The position numbers and the translations under genes are program-made. The notes under the pieces are model-generated. The model had not been told where the DNA came from. It saw only the letters and a list, made by a program, of their open reading frames with translations, and made no database searches. A stretch of 35,472 nt of DNA, taken from the NCBI GenBank assembly GCA_030146445.1, contig JASLBT010000167.1, forward strand, positions 1-35,472, read 5' to 3'. The stretch is from Segetibacter sp. GTDB taxonomy: Bacteria; Bacteroidota; Bacteroidia; Chitinophagales; Chitinophagaceae. Shown piece by piece: positions 19,492-29,390 of the stretch; the stretch's first letter is position 1; every line of letters begins with the position of its first letter.

Positions 19492-22400
19492 ATGAAACGT
19501 TTGGCTAAAAGTAGCCTGCAAAAGCTAACGATTGCTATTTGCTGGGTTTTGTTTGCGGTCTTGCCCGCAATGGCACAGGTTAGGGTTACCGGTAAGGTAA
19601 CGAGTGCCCAGGGAGATCCCCTGCCTGGTGCAACAATAACTGTGGTCGGCTCTCAAACCGGAACTTCTGCCGGAACCGATGGGAATTTTTCTATAAGTGC
19701 ACCGGCCAACGCTTCCCTCAGGGTAAGTGCGATAGGGTATGCCGACCAGGAGGTACAGATTGGCAACCGCACGACAGTTAATGTGCAGTTGCAAGCTTCT
19801 GCTGCAGCCCAGCTCGAACAGGTGGTAGTAGTTGGTTATGGTACCCAACGAAAGGAAGCTGTTACGGGTTCGGTAGCGTCCATCAGTGGAAATGTGATGC
19901 GGGAGGTGCCGTCTCCAAACATTACACAGGCTTTACAGGGCCGCCTCGCAGGTGTAGACATCGCTCAAACATCAACAAGGCCGGGTGCTACCATGCAAAT
20001 CCGGATTCGTGGTTCACGGTCGCTGTCTGCCGACAATAACCCATTGATCGTGCTTGATGGGATACCGTTTATTGGGTCTCTTGCAGACATCAACCCAAAT
20101 GACATCAAGAGTGTTGATGTGTTGAAGGATGCCTCCGCAACCGCAATTTATGGTTCACGTGGTGCTAACGGTGTTATCATGGTTACAACCGAAAAAGGAG
20201 CCAGGGGTAGAAAGCCCCGGATAAGTTATAACGGTTATCATGGCGCACAGAAAGCCTTTGCAAAATACCCGATGATGAATGGACCTGAATTTGTTGCACT
20301 TCGGGCTGCCGCCGGAATGTTTGCAAACGGCCAGGATGAGTCGAATGAAATTAATACTGACTGGCAGGATTTATTTTACAAAACCGGCCAGGTTTCTGAT
20401 CATAACATCAGCGTTTCGGGCGGTACTGACGGCGGCAATTACAACTTTGGAGGCGGCTATCATATCAACCAGGGTGTCATTCCCACACAGCAGTACAAGC
20501 GCTATTCCTTGCGGGGCTCACTTGATCAGCAGATCGGAAAAAGCTTCCGCTTTGGCTTCACCACCAATAACAACTACAACGAAAGCCACGGCAATCAGGT
20601 GGGCTTATACAATGCATTAAGCATGTCGCCTATCTCCAGTCCGTTCGACCCTGATGGTACGCCGAGAAGAGCGGTACGGATGATCCAGGACAACGCATAC
20701 ATTTTTACAAAAGATGTTGTGGAACGATTAAGAGACAATAGCCAGTGGCTGAATGAAACTCGTGGCTTTGCGTCCTACAACGCCCTTTACGGCGAAGTGA
20801 ACCTCCCATTCGTAAGGGGGTTGAAGTATAGAACAAACCTCGGCCTGAATTACATTCAGTCAAATAATGGCTCTTATACAGCACCGGGCGTAGGGGATGC
20901 ACTCAATCCTAATACGTTGTCATCGGCTTCTGTTGATAACCGGAACACTTACCACTGGACATTTGAAAACCTGCTTACCTATGACCGGACATTCGCCGGT
21001 AAACACGCCGTGAATGCCGTTGGGTTGTACTCAATGGAGCAAAATAAGGGCACCCGCTCCAACATGTCTGCCCAGGATATACCTTCCGATGCTTTCCAGT
21101 TTTATAACCTGGGGCAGGCTGCCGGTCAGATACAGATAAACCCAAACAACCAGTCGTATGCCTTATCAGGTCTCATGTCGGTCATGGGAAGGATAATGTA
21201 CTCTTACGACAACCGCTATATGATCTCTGCTACGGTGCGTTCCGACGGTTCTTCCAGGCTGGCTCCGGGATATAAATGGCACACCTATCCTGCATTATCT
21301 GTAGGTTGGAATATTCACAGGGAGGCATTTATGAACAATATCACGGCTATCAGCAATCTAAAACTCCGTGCAGGCTATGGCCAAACCTCCAACCAGGCTG
21401 TTGGTGTTTATTCTACCCTTGGCCGGTTAGAGCCAAGACCCTACAACTTTGGCCCTACAACATATAGCACCGGTTACTACGTAAATCAACTGCCTAATCC
21501 TGGATTAGGATGGGAATTTTCCAAGACCTGGAACGTTGGGCTTGACTTTGCTATCCTAAAAAATCGCTTGTCAGGTACCGTGGAGTATTACATCACAAAA
21601 ACCGAAGATATTCTCCTCGGACTTGGCCTGCCGCCTACATCTGGTGTTACCAGTATTACGCAGAACGTCGGAGCCACCGAAAACAAGGGGCTTGAGTTAG
21701 CGCTGAACGGAACGATCATTGACAATGTAAATGGTTGGACCTGGGAGGCGGGTGCTAATTTCTATGCAAACCGTAACAGGCTGGTATCACTTGCCTCCGG
21801 AACAACCCGAGACGAGGGTAATGCATGGTTTGTTGGATATAATATCAATGCCCTTTTCGACTATAAAAGAACAGGACTATGGCAGGAAGGGGATCCAAAC
21901 CTTGCGGTACTTGAGCCCGGCGGAAACCCTGGCATGATCAAGGTAGAATATACCGGTGACTTTGATGCCACTGGTAAGCCAACAAGAGCAATAGGACCTG
22001 CCGACAGGCAGATCATGAATGTAGACCCCGATTTTCAGGGTGGCTTTAATACCCGTGTAGCCTATAAAGGGTTTGACCTGGGCATTGTTGGTATTTTCAG
22101 AGGTGGTGGCCTGCTTATTAGCACGATCCACGGCCCCAATGGCTATCTCAATCTAATGACCGGCCGCAGAAATAATATCAAAGTGGACTACTGGACTCCC
22201 GAAAATACCGGTGCCAAATATCCCAAGCCGGGTGGTATTATGAGTGGTGATAATCCCAAGTATGCAAGTACCCTTTCTTACTTTGATGGTTCTTTCGCAA
22301 AGGTTCGCACCATTACACTAGGGTACGATTTCAGCCAGAGTCTGCTCAGAAATTCTGCTGTGAAAATGCGTATGTATTTCACAGCTCAAAATCCGTTTGT

Positions 22401-22569
22401 CTTTTTCTCGCCTTTTCATAGCGAATCAGGCTTAGATCCTGAAGCCAACTCGGTAGGAAATGAAAACACGGCATCATCCGGCTTTGGCATTCCCAGTCGT
22501 ATACTCACTGTAGGATTTAACACACCTTCAACCCGCAACTACATTCTTGGCGTTAACCTGTCATTTTAA
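19492..22569 (+). CDS. susC: SusC/RagA TonB-dependent transporter
   Basis: N-terminal CarboxypepD-like domain, LEQVVVVGYGTQ, IRIRGSRS, PLIVLDG, DIKSVDVLKDASATAIYGSRGANGVIMVTT, RSDGSSR, C-terminal GVNLSF; ATG at 19492 preferred. Confidence 0.97.
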   Translation: MKRLAKSSLQKLTIAICWVLFAVLPAMAQVRVTGKVTSAQGDPLPGATITVVGSQTGTSAGTDGNFSISAPANASLRVSAIGYADQEVQIGNRTTVNVQLQASAAAQLEQVVVVGYGTQRKEAVTGSVASISGNVMREVPSPNITQALQGRLAGVDIAQTSTRPGATMQIRIRGSRSLSADNNPLIVLDGIPFIGSLADINPNDIKSVDVLKDASATAIYGSRGANGVIMVTTEKGARGRKPRISYNGYHGAQKAFAKYPMMNGPEFVALRAAAGMFANGQDESNEINTDWQDLFYKTGQVSDHNISVSGGTDGGNYNFGGGYHINQGVIPTQQYKRYSLRGSLDQQIGKSFRFGFTTNNNYNESHGNQVGLYNALSMSPISSPFDPDGTPRRAVRMIQDNAYIFTKDVVERLRDNSQWLNETRGFASYNALYGEVNLPFVRGLKYRTNLGLNYIQSNNGSYTAPGVGDALNPNTLSSASVDNRNTYHWTFENLLTYDRTFAGKHAVNAVGLYSMEQNKGTRSNMSAQDIPSDAFQFYNLGQAAGQIQINPNNQSYALSGLMSVMGRIMYSYDNRYMISATVRSDGSSRLAPGYKWHTYPALSVGWNIHREAFMNNITAISNLKLRAGYGQTSNQAVGVYSTLGRLEPRPYNFGPTTYSTGYYVNQLPNPGLGWEFSKTWNVGLDFAILKNRLSGTVEYYITKTEDILLGLGLPPTSGVTSITQNVGATENKGLELALNGTIIDNVNGWTWEAGANFYANRNRLVSLASGTTRDEGNAWFVGYNINALFDYKRTGLWQEGDPNLAVLEPGGNPGMIKVEYTGDFDATGKPTRAIGPADRQIMNVDPDFQGGFNTRVAYKGFDLGIVGIFRGGGLLISTIHGPNGYLNLMTGRRNNIKVDYWTPENTGAKYPKPGGIMSGDNPKYASTLSYFDGSFAKVRTITLGYDFSQSLLRNSAVKMRMYFTAQNPFVFFSPFHSESGLDPEANSVGNENTASSGFGIPSRILTVGFNTPSTRNYILGVNLSF

Positions 22570-22580
22570 AATAGAAAAAC

Positions 22581-24560
22581 ATGAAACATTTACCTATAAA
22601 ATCTTTCATCGCAGCAGCAGGGTTCATGCTGTTTGCTCCCGGATGTAAAAAAATCCTGGAGGAAGAGCCCCGAGGGATCTATACACCCGATTTTTTTAAA
22701 ACCGAAAGAGGAGTACAGGGTGGGATTACCTCCCTGTACGGCCATTTGCGTTTCATCTATGGGCAACCGTATTTTTATAACACCTTAGAAACTGGCACCG
22801 ATGAATATACGTGGGGGCAAAGCGCTGACGCGAACTTCAGAGATGCGGATTTGAGCGGTGTGGGAAACCTTAACTCTGCCAGCAGTCGTTCTGATGTCTT
22901 GTGGGGAACCGCTTTTCAAACTATAAATACAGCCAGTGGTGTTATTGAGAATGCGCAGGCTGTCAGTATAGCACCTTCTTTAGTGGCTGAAGCGAGATTT
23001 TTCCGTGCCTTTGATTACTTCCTGTTAGTACAAACGTTTGGCGGGGTGCCCTTAGATTTAGGCTCGGGCGAACTGAAATTTAATACAACTGCCTTCAGAG
23101 GTTCTGTTCGCAACACTGTTCCGGAGGTTTATACCAAGGGCATATTTCCAGACTTATTGCAAGCGGTTAACGATTTACCGGCAACTCCCCGTGTAACCGG
23201 CGGCGTTACCAAAACGGTTGCACGTCTTTACCTGGCGAAGGCGTATTTAACCTACGCGTGGTGGTTGCAAAATCCCAACAACATCCCCACTTATCCGCAA
23301 ACTACAAGAACTGACCCTGATGGGCACGACGCTCAGTTCTATTTTCAAAAAGCTTATGATGTATCAACAGAAGCTATTGATAATCCCGGTAATAACGGTT
23401 TAGAGAATACGTTTTATGACCTGCACGTAGGCGGTAATGACCGGAACAAGGAAATGCTCCTTTTTGCCGACCATACGCAGGAAAGCGAATTTTATAACGG
23501 AGCCGCAATTAATACCGGCTTTGATACCGAATCAGGAAATGGAAAGAACTCGGCGGTTTGGATGGTTACCTGGAATTATACGGCGCTCAGAAGCGCTGAA
23601 AACCCTAACGGAACCGGTGCAGCAATTAGCTCTGTTCAGCGCGAGGCAGCCCAAACCCTGGGACGTCCCTATATTCGAATGGCACCTCCTATCGGGGTTT
23701 TTACAAATACGTTTGCTGAAAAAACACTCGATTCCCGTTACGATGGTACATTCACAACGGTCTACAGGGGTAACTGGCCCAAAGGTGGTACCCCCAACCC
23801 TGTGCTTTACAATGCTAACGATCTACCAGTAGTGCCGGGTGATCCCATCCTGACCTTTTTAGACGATGAATCACAAACGCCTAATATAGTGTACCCGACT
23901 GGGGCAAACTTCCCTGGAAAGGCTTCAAACAACGTAGGTGCAGGTGTCCTGCCAGGCAGGGCCGATTTTGTAATCAATCCGCGCGGCATCAGCAGGATTG
24001 TTTATCCTGGCCTTTGGAAGATGGGCACATATCGTACGGATAACGGAAACGGGTTAGGCTCACCAAATGCTACCCTCACCAGGCCATTCAAAATCGCCAA
24101 GTTCTCCGAGCTATACTTTATAGCGGCTGAAGCCGCGATAAAAGGCGCCACTCCTGTTGCCGGTAGAAGCGCAAGGGATTTAATCAATGTGCTCCGGGCA
24201 CGGGCAGGCAAGTGGAAATTCTCAAACAGGAATAATGCAGCCTTTGTTGCAGACAACAGCGCTGCTTTAACTAATGCCACTCCCGCTACTGTAGACATTG
24301 ACTATCTCCTGATGGAGCGTTCCCGCGAGTACTTTGGGGAAGGACACCGCTGGTTTGACCTTGTACGTACACAAAAATGGAATGAACTTGCGGGTACCTA
24401 CGAGATTGCTGGTCCGAATTATGGCAATCATACACCGCAGACATTCACCCGTACTATCCAGCCACATCATTACCTGCGACCAATACCACGATCTCAGATT
24501 GATGCGATGCAAATGGCTGCTGAAGAGAAAGCAGCTTATCAAAACCCCGGGTATCAATAA
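22581..24560 (+). CDS. susD: SusD/RagB glycan-binding lipoprotein
   Basis: Lipobox FAPGC, AEARFFRAFDYFLLVQTFGGVPL, ELYFIAAEA, ERSREYFGEGHRWFDLVRT, QNPGY. Confidence 0.96.
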   Translation: MKHLPIKSFIAAAGFMLFAPGCKKILEEEPRGIYTPDFFKTERGVQGGITSLYGHLRFIYGQPYFYNTLETGTDEYTWGQSADANFRDADLSGVGNLNSASSRSDVLWGTAFQTINTASGVIENAQAVSIAPSLVAEARFFRAFDYFLLVQTFGGVPLDLGSGELKFNTTAFRGSVRNTVPEVYTKGIFPDLLQAVNDLPATPRVTGGVTKTVARLYLAKAYLTYAWWLQNPNNIPTYPQTTRTDPDGHDAQFYFQKAYDVSTEAIDNPGNNGLENTFYDLHVGGNDRNKEMLLFADHTQESEFYNGAAINTGFDTESGNGKNSAVWMVTWNYTALRSAENPNGTGAAISSVQREAAQTLGRPYIRMAPPIGVFTNTFAEKTLDSRYDGTFTTVYRGNWPKGGTPNPVLYNANDLPVVPGDPILTFLDDESQTPNIVYPTGANFPGKASNNVGAGVLPGRADFVINPRGISRIVYPGLWKMGTYRTDNGNGLGSPNATLTRPFKIAKFSELYFIAAEAAIKGATPVAGRSARDLINVLRARAGKWKFSNRNNAAFVADNSAALTNATPATVDIDYLLMERSREYFGEGHRWFDLVRTQKWNELAGTYEIAGPNYGNHTPQTFTRTIQPHHYLRPIPRSQIDAMQMAAEEKAAYQNPGYQ

Positions 24561-24587
24561 TATATTTTAACAGGCATGGGTAAGATT

Positions 24588-24621
24588 AGAAGGGTGATGT
24601 TTTATTCACCCTTCTTTGTTT
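24588..24621 (+). terminator. Intrinsic terminator after susD
   Basis: Perfect 10-bp stem AGAAGGGTGA/TCACCCTTCT, 8-nt loop, followed by TTGTTT. Confidence 0.75.
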
Positions 24622-24829
24622 CAATCGTGTAGTGTTGATCTGAACTTGTGTTTTTGACATCACTATTGTGGTCAGGGTGCCGCTTGATCGGGCTCATCGA
24701 GTTGTTGCGGAACACATTTCGGCTGAAGCTTTGCCCGACTGCGCCGCTCCTAACGTGTACAGACATCTTGGGATCCAGGTTTAGTTGCTGTTGGGCGCCT
24801 CCCCAAGCTACGCAAGGGGTCGGGCTCTC

Positions 24830-24854
24830 CCCGTCCGACTGGTCATCGGGGCGG
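24830..24854 (+). repeat. Family B hairpin element, 25-bp variant
   Basis: CCCGTCCGACTGGTCATCGGGGCGG shares the first 13 nt and the terminal GGGCGG with 35161-35186. Confidence 0.7.
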
Positions 24855-25082
24855 ACCTTCAGCGGGGGATCGCTGCAATCCTGGCGCAGCATATATACCG
24901 TGAATAGAAACGTTGCCCGACTGGTGTGCCAGCGCTGTTTTCTTTTGTGATTACTTCCCAGCCAGGCAGCATGACTCCTGAATTCCTTATGGTTGAAGTT
25001 GTAGTTGACGTCTTTGTATTCTGCCACACACTTCTAAGCAATAGGTTCGCAAACACCTTCTCGTAAACTGTAATAAAAAAGA

Positions 25083-27227
25083 ATGAAAAAAATTTTACTT
25101 ACAATGGCACTGCTTGGGTGCTCCTTCGTATCCCTTTTTGCTCAAAACTTTGCCATGCTCGAAGCTGAGAGCGGAACGCCCGGAACTGAGTTTACCACCG
25201 TAACGCAAACAGGGGTAACCTTCATAAGCGCCAGCAGTGATCTCGTGGCTTCCGGAAATCCGGGAACAACAAATCGGGTGGTAACGTATTCGGTTACGTT
25301 TCCAATGGCTGGAACATACCAGTTATATGCCCGCTTGCGGGTGGGCTCTGGTGGGGCAAACGACGATAGTTATTTTTATGGAAATGGATTTGGCGTTAAA
25401 CCGGTTGCAGCCACGGGAACTGCAGCTGATAATAATTGGATACTCGTAAACAACCTCAATAATGTGGGCGATACTACAGCCAACAGCATCGTAACCGGAA
25501 GCGGATCAGTTGCAGCCAACAACGTTTGGAAGTGGGTCAACATTTCACTTTTTAATGGAGGGGAGAGTCCCATCAATTTCACGGTGCCTGCCGGTAACCT
25601 CACCCAAACCTTTCAGATAGGTGGTCGCGAAAACGGACTCGACCTGGATAAGTTTGTTTTTGGGCTGAGTGGTGTTTACTTTACCGTAAAAAACCTCGAC
25701 AATGGTGAGCCAGGATCAACAACGCCGCCACCGCCACCTTTTACCCCTTCAGGACCCCCGCTGGCTACGGGTAAATCCAAGTGGCTGGGCTCTGCTTATT
25801 CAAACGCGCAAAAAGTAAACTTCGGCAAATACTGGAACCAGGTGACACCCGAAAACGGTGGCAAATGGGGAACCGTTGAGGCGGTGCGCAACGTTATGAA
25901 CTGGTCGGAAATGGACTCCGCCTATAAGCTTGCAAAAGATAGTGGATATCCGTTTAAAATGCATACGCTGATATGGGGTAGCCAGCAACCTGCCTGGATC
26001 GAAAGCCTTCCCGCGGAAACGCAATTGATGGAAATTAAAGAGTGGTATGCAGCTGTTGCACAAAGATACCCGGCTATCGATTTCGTTGAAGTAGTTAACG
26101 AACCTTTACACGCACCTCCGAATCGTACAGGTAACGGTGGAGGCAACTATATCAATGCACTTGGTGGAAGTGGCGCTACAGGCTGGGACTGGATAATAAA
26201 TTCGTTCAGGTTAGCAAGGCAGTATTTTCCTCCCCCAACCAAACTGTGGCTTAACGATTATAGCATCATCAACAGTAACAGTAATACGGCTACATACGTT
26301 AACATCATCAACCTGCTAAAGGCAGAAAATTTGATTGATGGCGTCGGCGAGCAGGGCCATGCATTTACAACCGCAGGAACACCCGCAACAACATTGGTCA
26401 ACAATATCAATACGCTTGCGGCAACCGGCCTTCCCTTGTACATTACTGAACTCGACATCGACGGACCTCCGGCTGAAACGCCGCAAGGAGATTCGGTTCA
26501 GTTACGCGAATACCAGCGCGTTTTTCCACTCTTTTGGGAGCATCCCGCAATTAAAGGAATAACGATGTGGGGGTACCGTCCCGGACATTGGCGAACAGCA
26601 CAGGGAGCACCTCTCGTGTATGCAAACGGCGCAGAAAAACCGGCGATGGTCTGGCTTAAGCAATATATACAGCGTACAGTTCTTCCTGTTAAACTCAAAT
26701 CATTTGAGGTCACAAGGTCCGGATCGCACGCGGAAATTACCTGGTCCACTACCGATGAGCTTAACAATGATCACTACCAAATTGAACGTTCAACAGATGG
26801 GTTCAATTACGTTACGATTGCAACCGTTAAAGCAAATACGCAAGGGCAGATAAGTAATGTCTACAGAACAGTTGACCCATCGCCGTTCAAAGGAGTAAAT
26901 TATTATCGCCTTGTTCAAGTTGACAAAGACGGCAGAAGGACTTACTATGGAATACGCCAGGCTAATTTTGGTAGCAAGCTGGAAATGTATGTTCAACTTT
27001 ATCCTAATCCTGCAACTGCAAGTTTTGTTCTGCGGACAACCCCGGATGCACTCAATAACGGCACAATCACCATACTGGATATCTTCGGCCGAAAGCTGAA
27101 GGTGTTAAGGCTACCGACAACGGGAGTTGAAACAATTTCAACCGACGGGCTTATCACCGGAACTTATTTCGTTCGCATAGATGCAAATGGAAGCCAATTT
27201 GTAACTAAACTCGAAATCCGGAAATAG
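25083..27227 (+). CDS. Secreted multimodular GH10 xylanase: N-terminal CBM-like module, Pro linker, GH10, Ig-like domain, T9SS C-terminal sorting domain
   Basis: Signal peptide; NQVTPENGGKW, HTLIWGSQQP, EVVNEP, LNDY, GEQGH, ITELDI; TTPPPPPFTP linker; LPVKLKSF...IERSTDG; YPNP...GTYFVRI...KLEIRK. Confidence 0.93.
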   Translation: MKKILLTMALLGCSFVSLFAQNFAMLEAESGTPGTEFTTVTQTGVTFISASSDLVASGNPGTTNRVVTYSVTFPMAGTYQLYARLRVGSGGANDDSYFYGNGFGVKPVAATGTAADNNWILVNNLNNVGDTTANSIVTGSGSVAANNVWKWVNISLFNGGESPINFTVPAGNLTQTFQIGGRENGLDLDKFVFGLSGVYFTVKNLDNGEPGSTTPPPPPFTPSGPPLATGKSKWLGSAYSNAQKVNFGKYWNQVTPENGGKWGTVEAVRNVMNWSEMDSAYKLAKDSGYPFKMHTLIWGSQQPAWIESLPAETQLMEIKEWYAAVAQRYPAIDFVEVVNEPLHAPPNRTGNGGGNYINALGGSGATGWDWIINSFRLARQYFPPPTKLWLNDYSIINSNSNTATYVNIINLLKAENLIDGVGEQGHAFTTAGTPATTLVNNINTLAATGLPLYITELDIDGPPAETPQGDSVQLREYQRVFPLFWEHPAIKGITMWGYRPGHWRTAQGAPLVYANGAEKPAMVWLKQYIQRTVLPVKLKSFEVTRSGSHAEITWSTTDELNNDHYQIERSTDGFNYVTIATVKANTQGQISNVYRTVDPSPFKGVNYYRLVQVDKDGRRTYYGIRQANFGSKLEMYVQLYPNPATASFVLRTTPDALNNGTITILDIFGRKLKVLRLPTTGVETISTDGLITGTYFVRIDANGSQFVTKLEIRK

Positions 27228-27242
27228 TTGCTATTCTTAAAA

Positions 27243-27281
27243 AAAAAGCCGTCTCAACTGCAACATGTGAGACGGCTTTTT
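27243..27281 (+). terminator. Intrinsic (bidirectional-type) terminator after the T9SS GH10
   Basis: AAAAAGCCGTCTCA / TGAGACGGCTTTTT inverted repeat. Confidence 0.85.
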
Positions 27282-27384
27282 CATGACTTCGGGAGAGTGA
27301 AAACACTATCGTATGGCGGATTACCGGACGACAATACCCATTATGTAATTCTTGCTCCAACTTATCAACAAATCAACTTCTCTT

Positions 27385-27478
27385 CAATACCAATACCGCA
27401 ATACCCATACCTCTATACCCAATACCTCCATACCTCAATACAAAATACCTCAGTACCCAATACCCCAGTTCAATACCG
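27385..27478 (+). repeat. Degenerate tandem 7-8-mer repeat (CAATACC[T])n
   Basis: About a dozen ATACC-core units in series. Confidence 0.75.
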
Positions 27479-27665
27479 ATTTTGAAAATATTCCGAAACA
27501 TTTACACTTTGTGGACAAACAAGGAATAATTTAGCCCAGGTAAGCAAGACAGCTCTTGACGGCGGAGGGGAACATCCATTCAACATGTAATACTAATCAC
27601 TGATCATCCATGATTCAATATCGTTTATTTAACGGCCTCGGTCCTCATCTGCTGAATAGCGCTAC

Positions 27666-27728
27666 TGCCGTACAAGGGAGTGACACAACCAAAGCCTCAT
27701 ATCGCTTCCACGGCCGGTTCCATAAAAA
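27666..27728 (+). repeat. Family A repeat, diverged copy 3
   Basis: TGCCGTACAAGGGAGTGACACAAC (19/24 to the consensus of the other copies) with GGTTCCATAAAAA at nearly the same distance. Confidence 0.6.
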
Positions 27729-27794
27729 ACGTTTTTACCCAATAGTATTGGTCATCCTTCCCAATCCCAAATTCATAATGCTTAACTGAACTCA

Positions 27795-27906
27795 ACTCAT
27801 CACTCATCACTCATAATTCTTAACTCATACCCCATAACGCTGTCTTCCATTCAACATTTATCATACAACATTCAAAATATTCAAAAACTCATAACTCTTA
27901 ACTCAA
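27795..27906 (+). repeat. Degenerate heptamer repeats (ACTCATC/ACTCATA/ACTCTTA) upstream of uxuA
   Basis: actcatcactcatcactcataattcttaactcata and actcataactcttaactcaa. Confidence 0.7.
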
Positions 27907-27919
27907 CCCCCTCTTTCAC

Positions 27920-29086
27920 ATGTTAATGGAGCAAACCATGCGCTGGTACGGACCGAATGATCCCGTAAGTTTATCCGACATCCTGCAGGCAGGCTGCACC
28001 GGTGTAGTTACTGCCCTGCACCATATACCGGTAGGTGCCGTCTGGACCGTTGAAGAAATCAACAAACGTAAACAGCAAGTGGAGGAGGCGGGTCTCACCT
28101 GGACGGTAATTGAAAGCCTGCCGGTACACGAGGAAATAAAGAAGCAAATCGGGCAGTACGAAACGCACATTGAAAATTATAAGACCAGCTTACGGAACGT
28201 TGCCGCCTGCGGCTTAAAAGTGGTCACCTATAACTTTATGCCCATCCTCGATTGGATGCGTACCGATATTTCTTACACGATGCCTGACGGAAGTAAAGCC
28301 CTGTATTTCGAGAAAGCCGCCTTTATCGCATTCGACCTGTTTCTCTTAAAACGCCCGGGTGCAGAAAACGATTATACTCCTGAGGAGAAACGCCAGGCAC
28401 ACGAGCGTTTCTTAGTGATGCCGGAAGAAGAAAAACAAACCTTGTTTAACAATGCGCTGCTGGGGCTACCAGGAAGTGAGGAACGGTTCACCGTTGAACA
28501 AATATTGGCAGCACTGAAAACCTACGAAGGCATCGATGCGCAAAAGTTGAAGCAACACCTGTTTTATTTCCTGCAACAAGTGGTTCCTGTTGCCGAAGAA
28601 GCCGGGCTTAAAATGGCTATTCACCCCGACGATCCTCCTTATCCGATACTTGGTCTGCCCAGGATTGTAAGCACCGAACAGGATGCTAAAGAGTTACTCG
28701 CTGCAGCACCATCACCCGCAAACGGACTTTGTTATTGCACCGGCTCATATGGCGTACGTGCCGACAATGATTTGCCAGGAATGGTGGAAAGACTTGGCGA
28801 CCATATCCATTTCCTGCACCTCCGCGCGACCCGGCGTGATGAACAGGGAAATTTCTATGAAGCGGATCACCTTACCGGGGATGTGGATATGTATGAAGTG
28901 GTAAAACAATTGGTGCTCACAATGCGTCGCCGGGGAGTATCCATTCCTATGCGGCCGGATCATGGTCACCAGATGCTTGATGACCTTCAAAAAAAGACCT
29001 ATCCAGGCTATAGCGCAATTGGTCGGCTGCGTGGCCTCGCCGAGCTTCGCGGCCTCGAAATGGGGATCGACCGAAGTTTGAAATAG
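27920..29086 (+). CDS. uxuA: Mannonate dehydratase
   Basis: [67 protein letters not shown]. Confidence 0.97.
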   Translation: MLMEQTMRWYGPNDPVSLSDILQAGCTGVVTALHHIPVGAVWTVEEINKRKQQVEEAGLTWTVIESLPVHEEIKKQIGQYETHIENYKTSLRNVAACGLKVVTYNFMPILDWMRTDISYTMPDGSKALYFEKAAFIAFDLFLLKRPGAENDYTPEEKRQAHERFLVMPEEEKQTLFNNALLGLPGSEERFTVEQILAALKTYEGIDAQKLKQHLFYFLQQVVPVAEEAGLKMAIHPDDPPYPILGLPRIVSTEQDAKELLAAAPSPANGLCYCTGSYGVRADNDLPGMVERLGDHIHFLHLRATRRDEQGNFYEADHLTGDVDMYEVVKQLVLTMRRRGVSIPMRPDHGHQMLDDLQKKTYPGYSAIGRLRGLAELRGLEMGIDRSLK

Positions 29087-29108
29087 CGTTCAAATTCTCA
29101 GAACACCC

Positions 29109-29143
29109 GAGGCTGTCTCAAAAGCATGAGGCAGCCTCTTTTT
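29109..29143 (+). terminator. Intrinsic terminator after uxuA
   Basis: GAGGCTGTCTCA / TGAGGCAGCCTC stem followed by TTTTT. Confidence 0.85.
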
Positions 29144-29390
29144 GTTTGGATCCTTATCGCATAGGAGTGCTGATTTAAGCAATACTCAGCTGCTTCAATT
29201 GGCATCGCGACTTCCTCTTATTTACCTCAACTCCGCTAACTCGGCCAAACAAGCGTTCCTGGCATTCCATTAATTTCCGGCATTTGCTTGCATTTGCGCC
29301 ATTAGCATTCTATTTTGTAAGGCTACAAGCGTTACCCGCTCGTTCTCTTTGCTTTACAAACGGGTTCATTTTTAATTTCAATCCTTTCTC

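Noticed and set aside
24602..25027. 141-aa minus-strand ORF between susD and the GH10
   Set aside because: No recognisable motif, reads through repeat elements and the susD terminator, and is antisense to both neighbours
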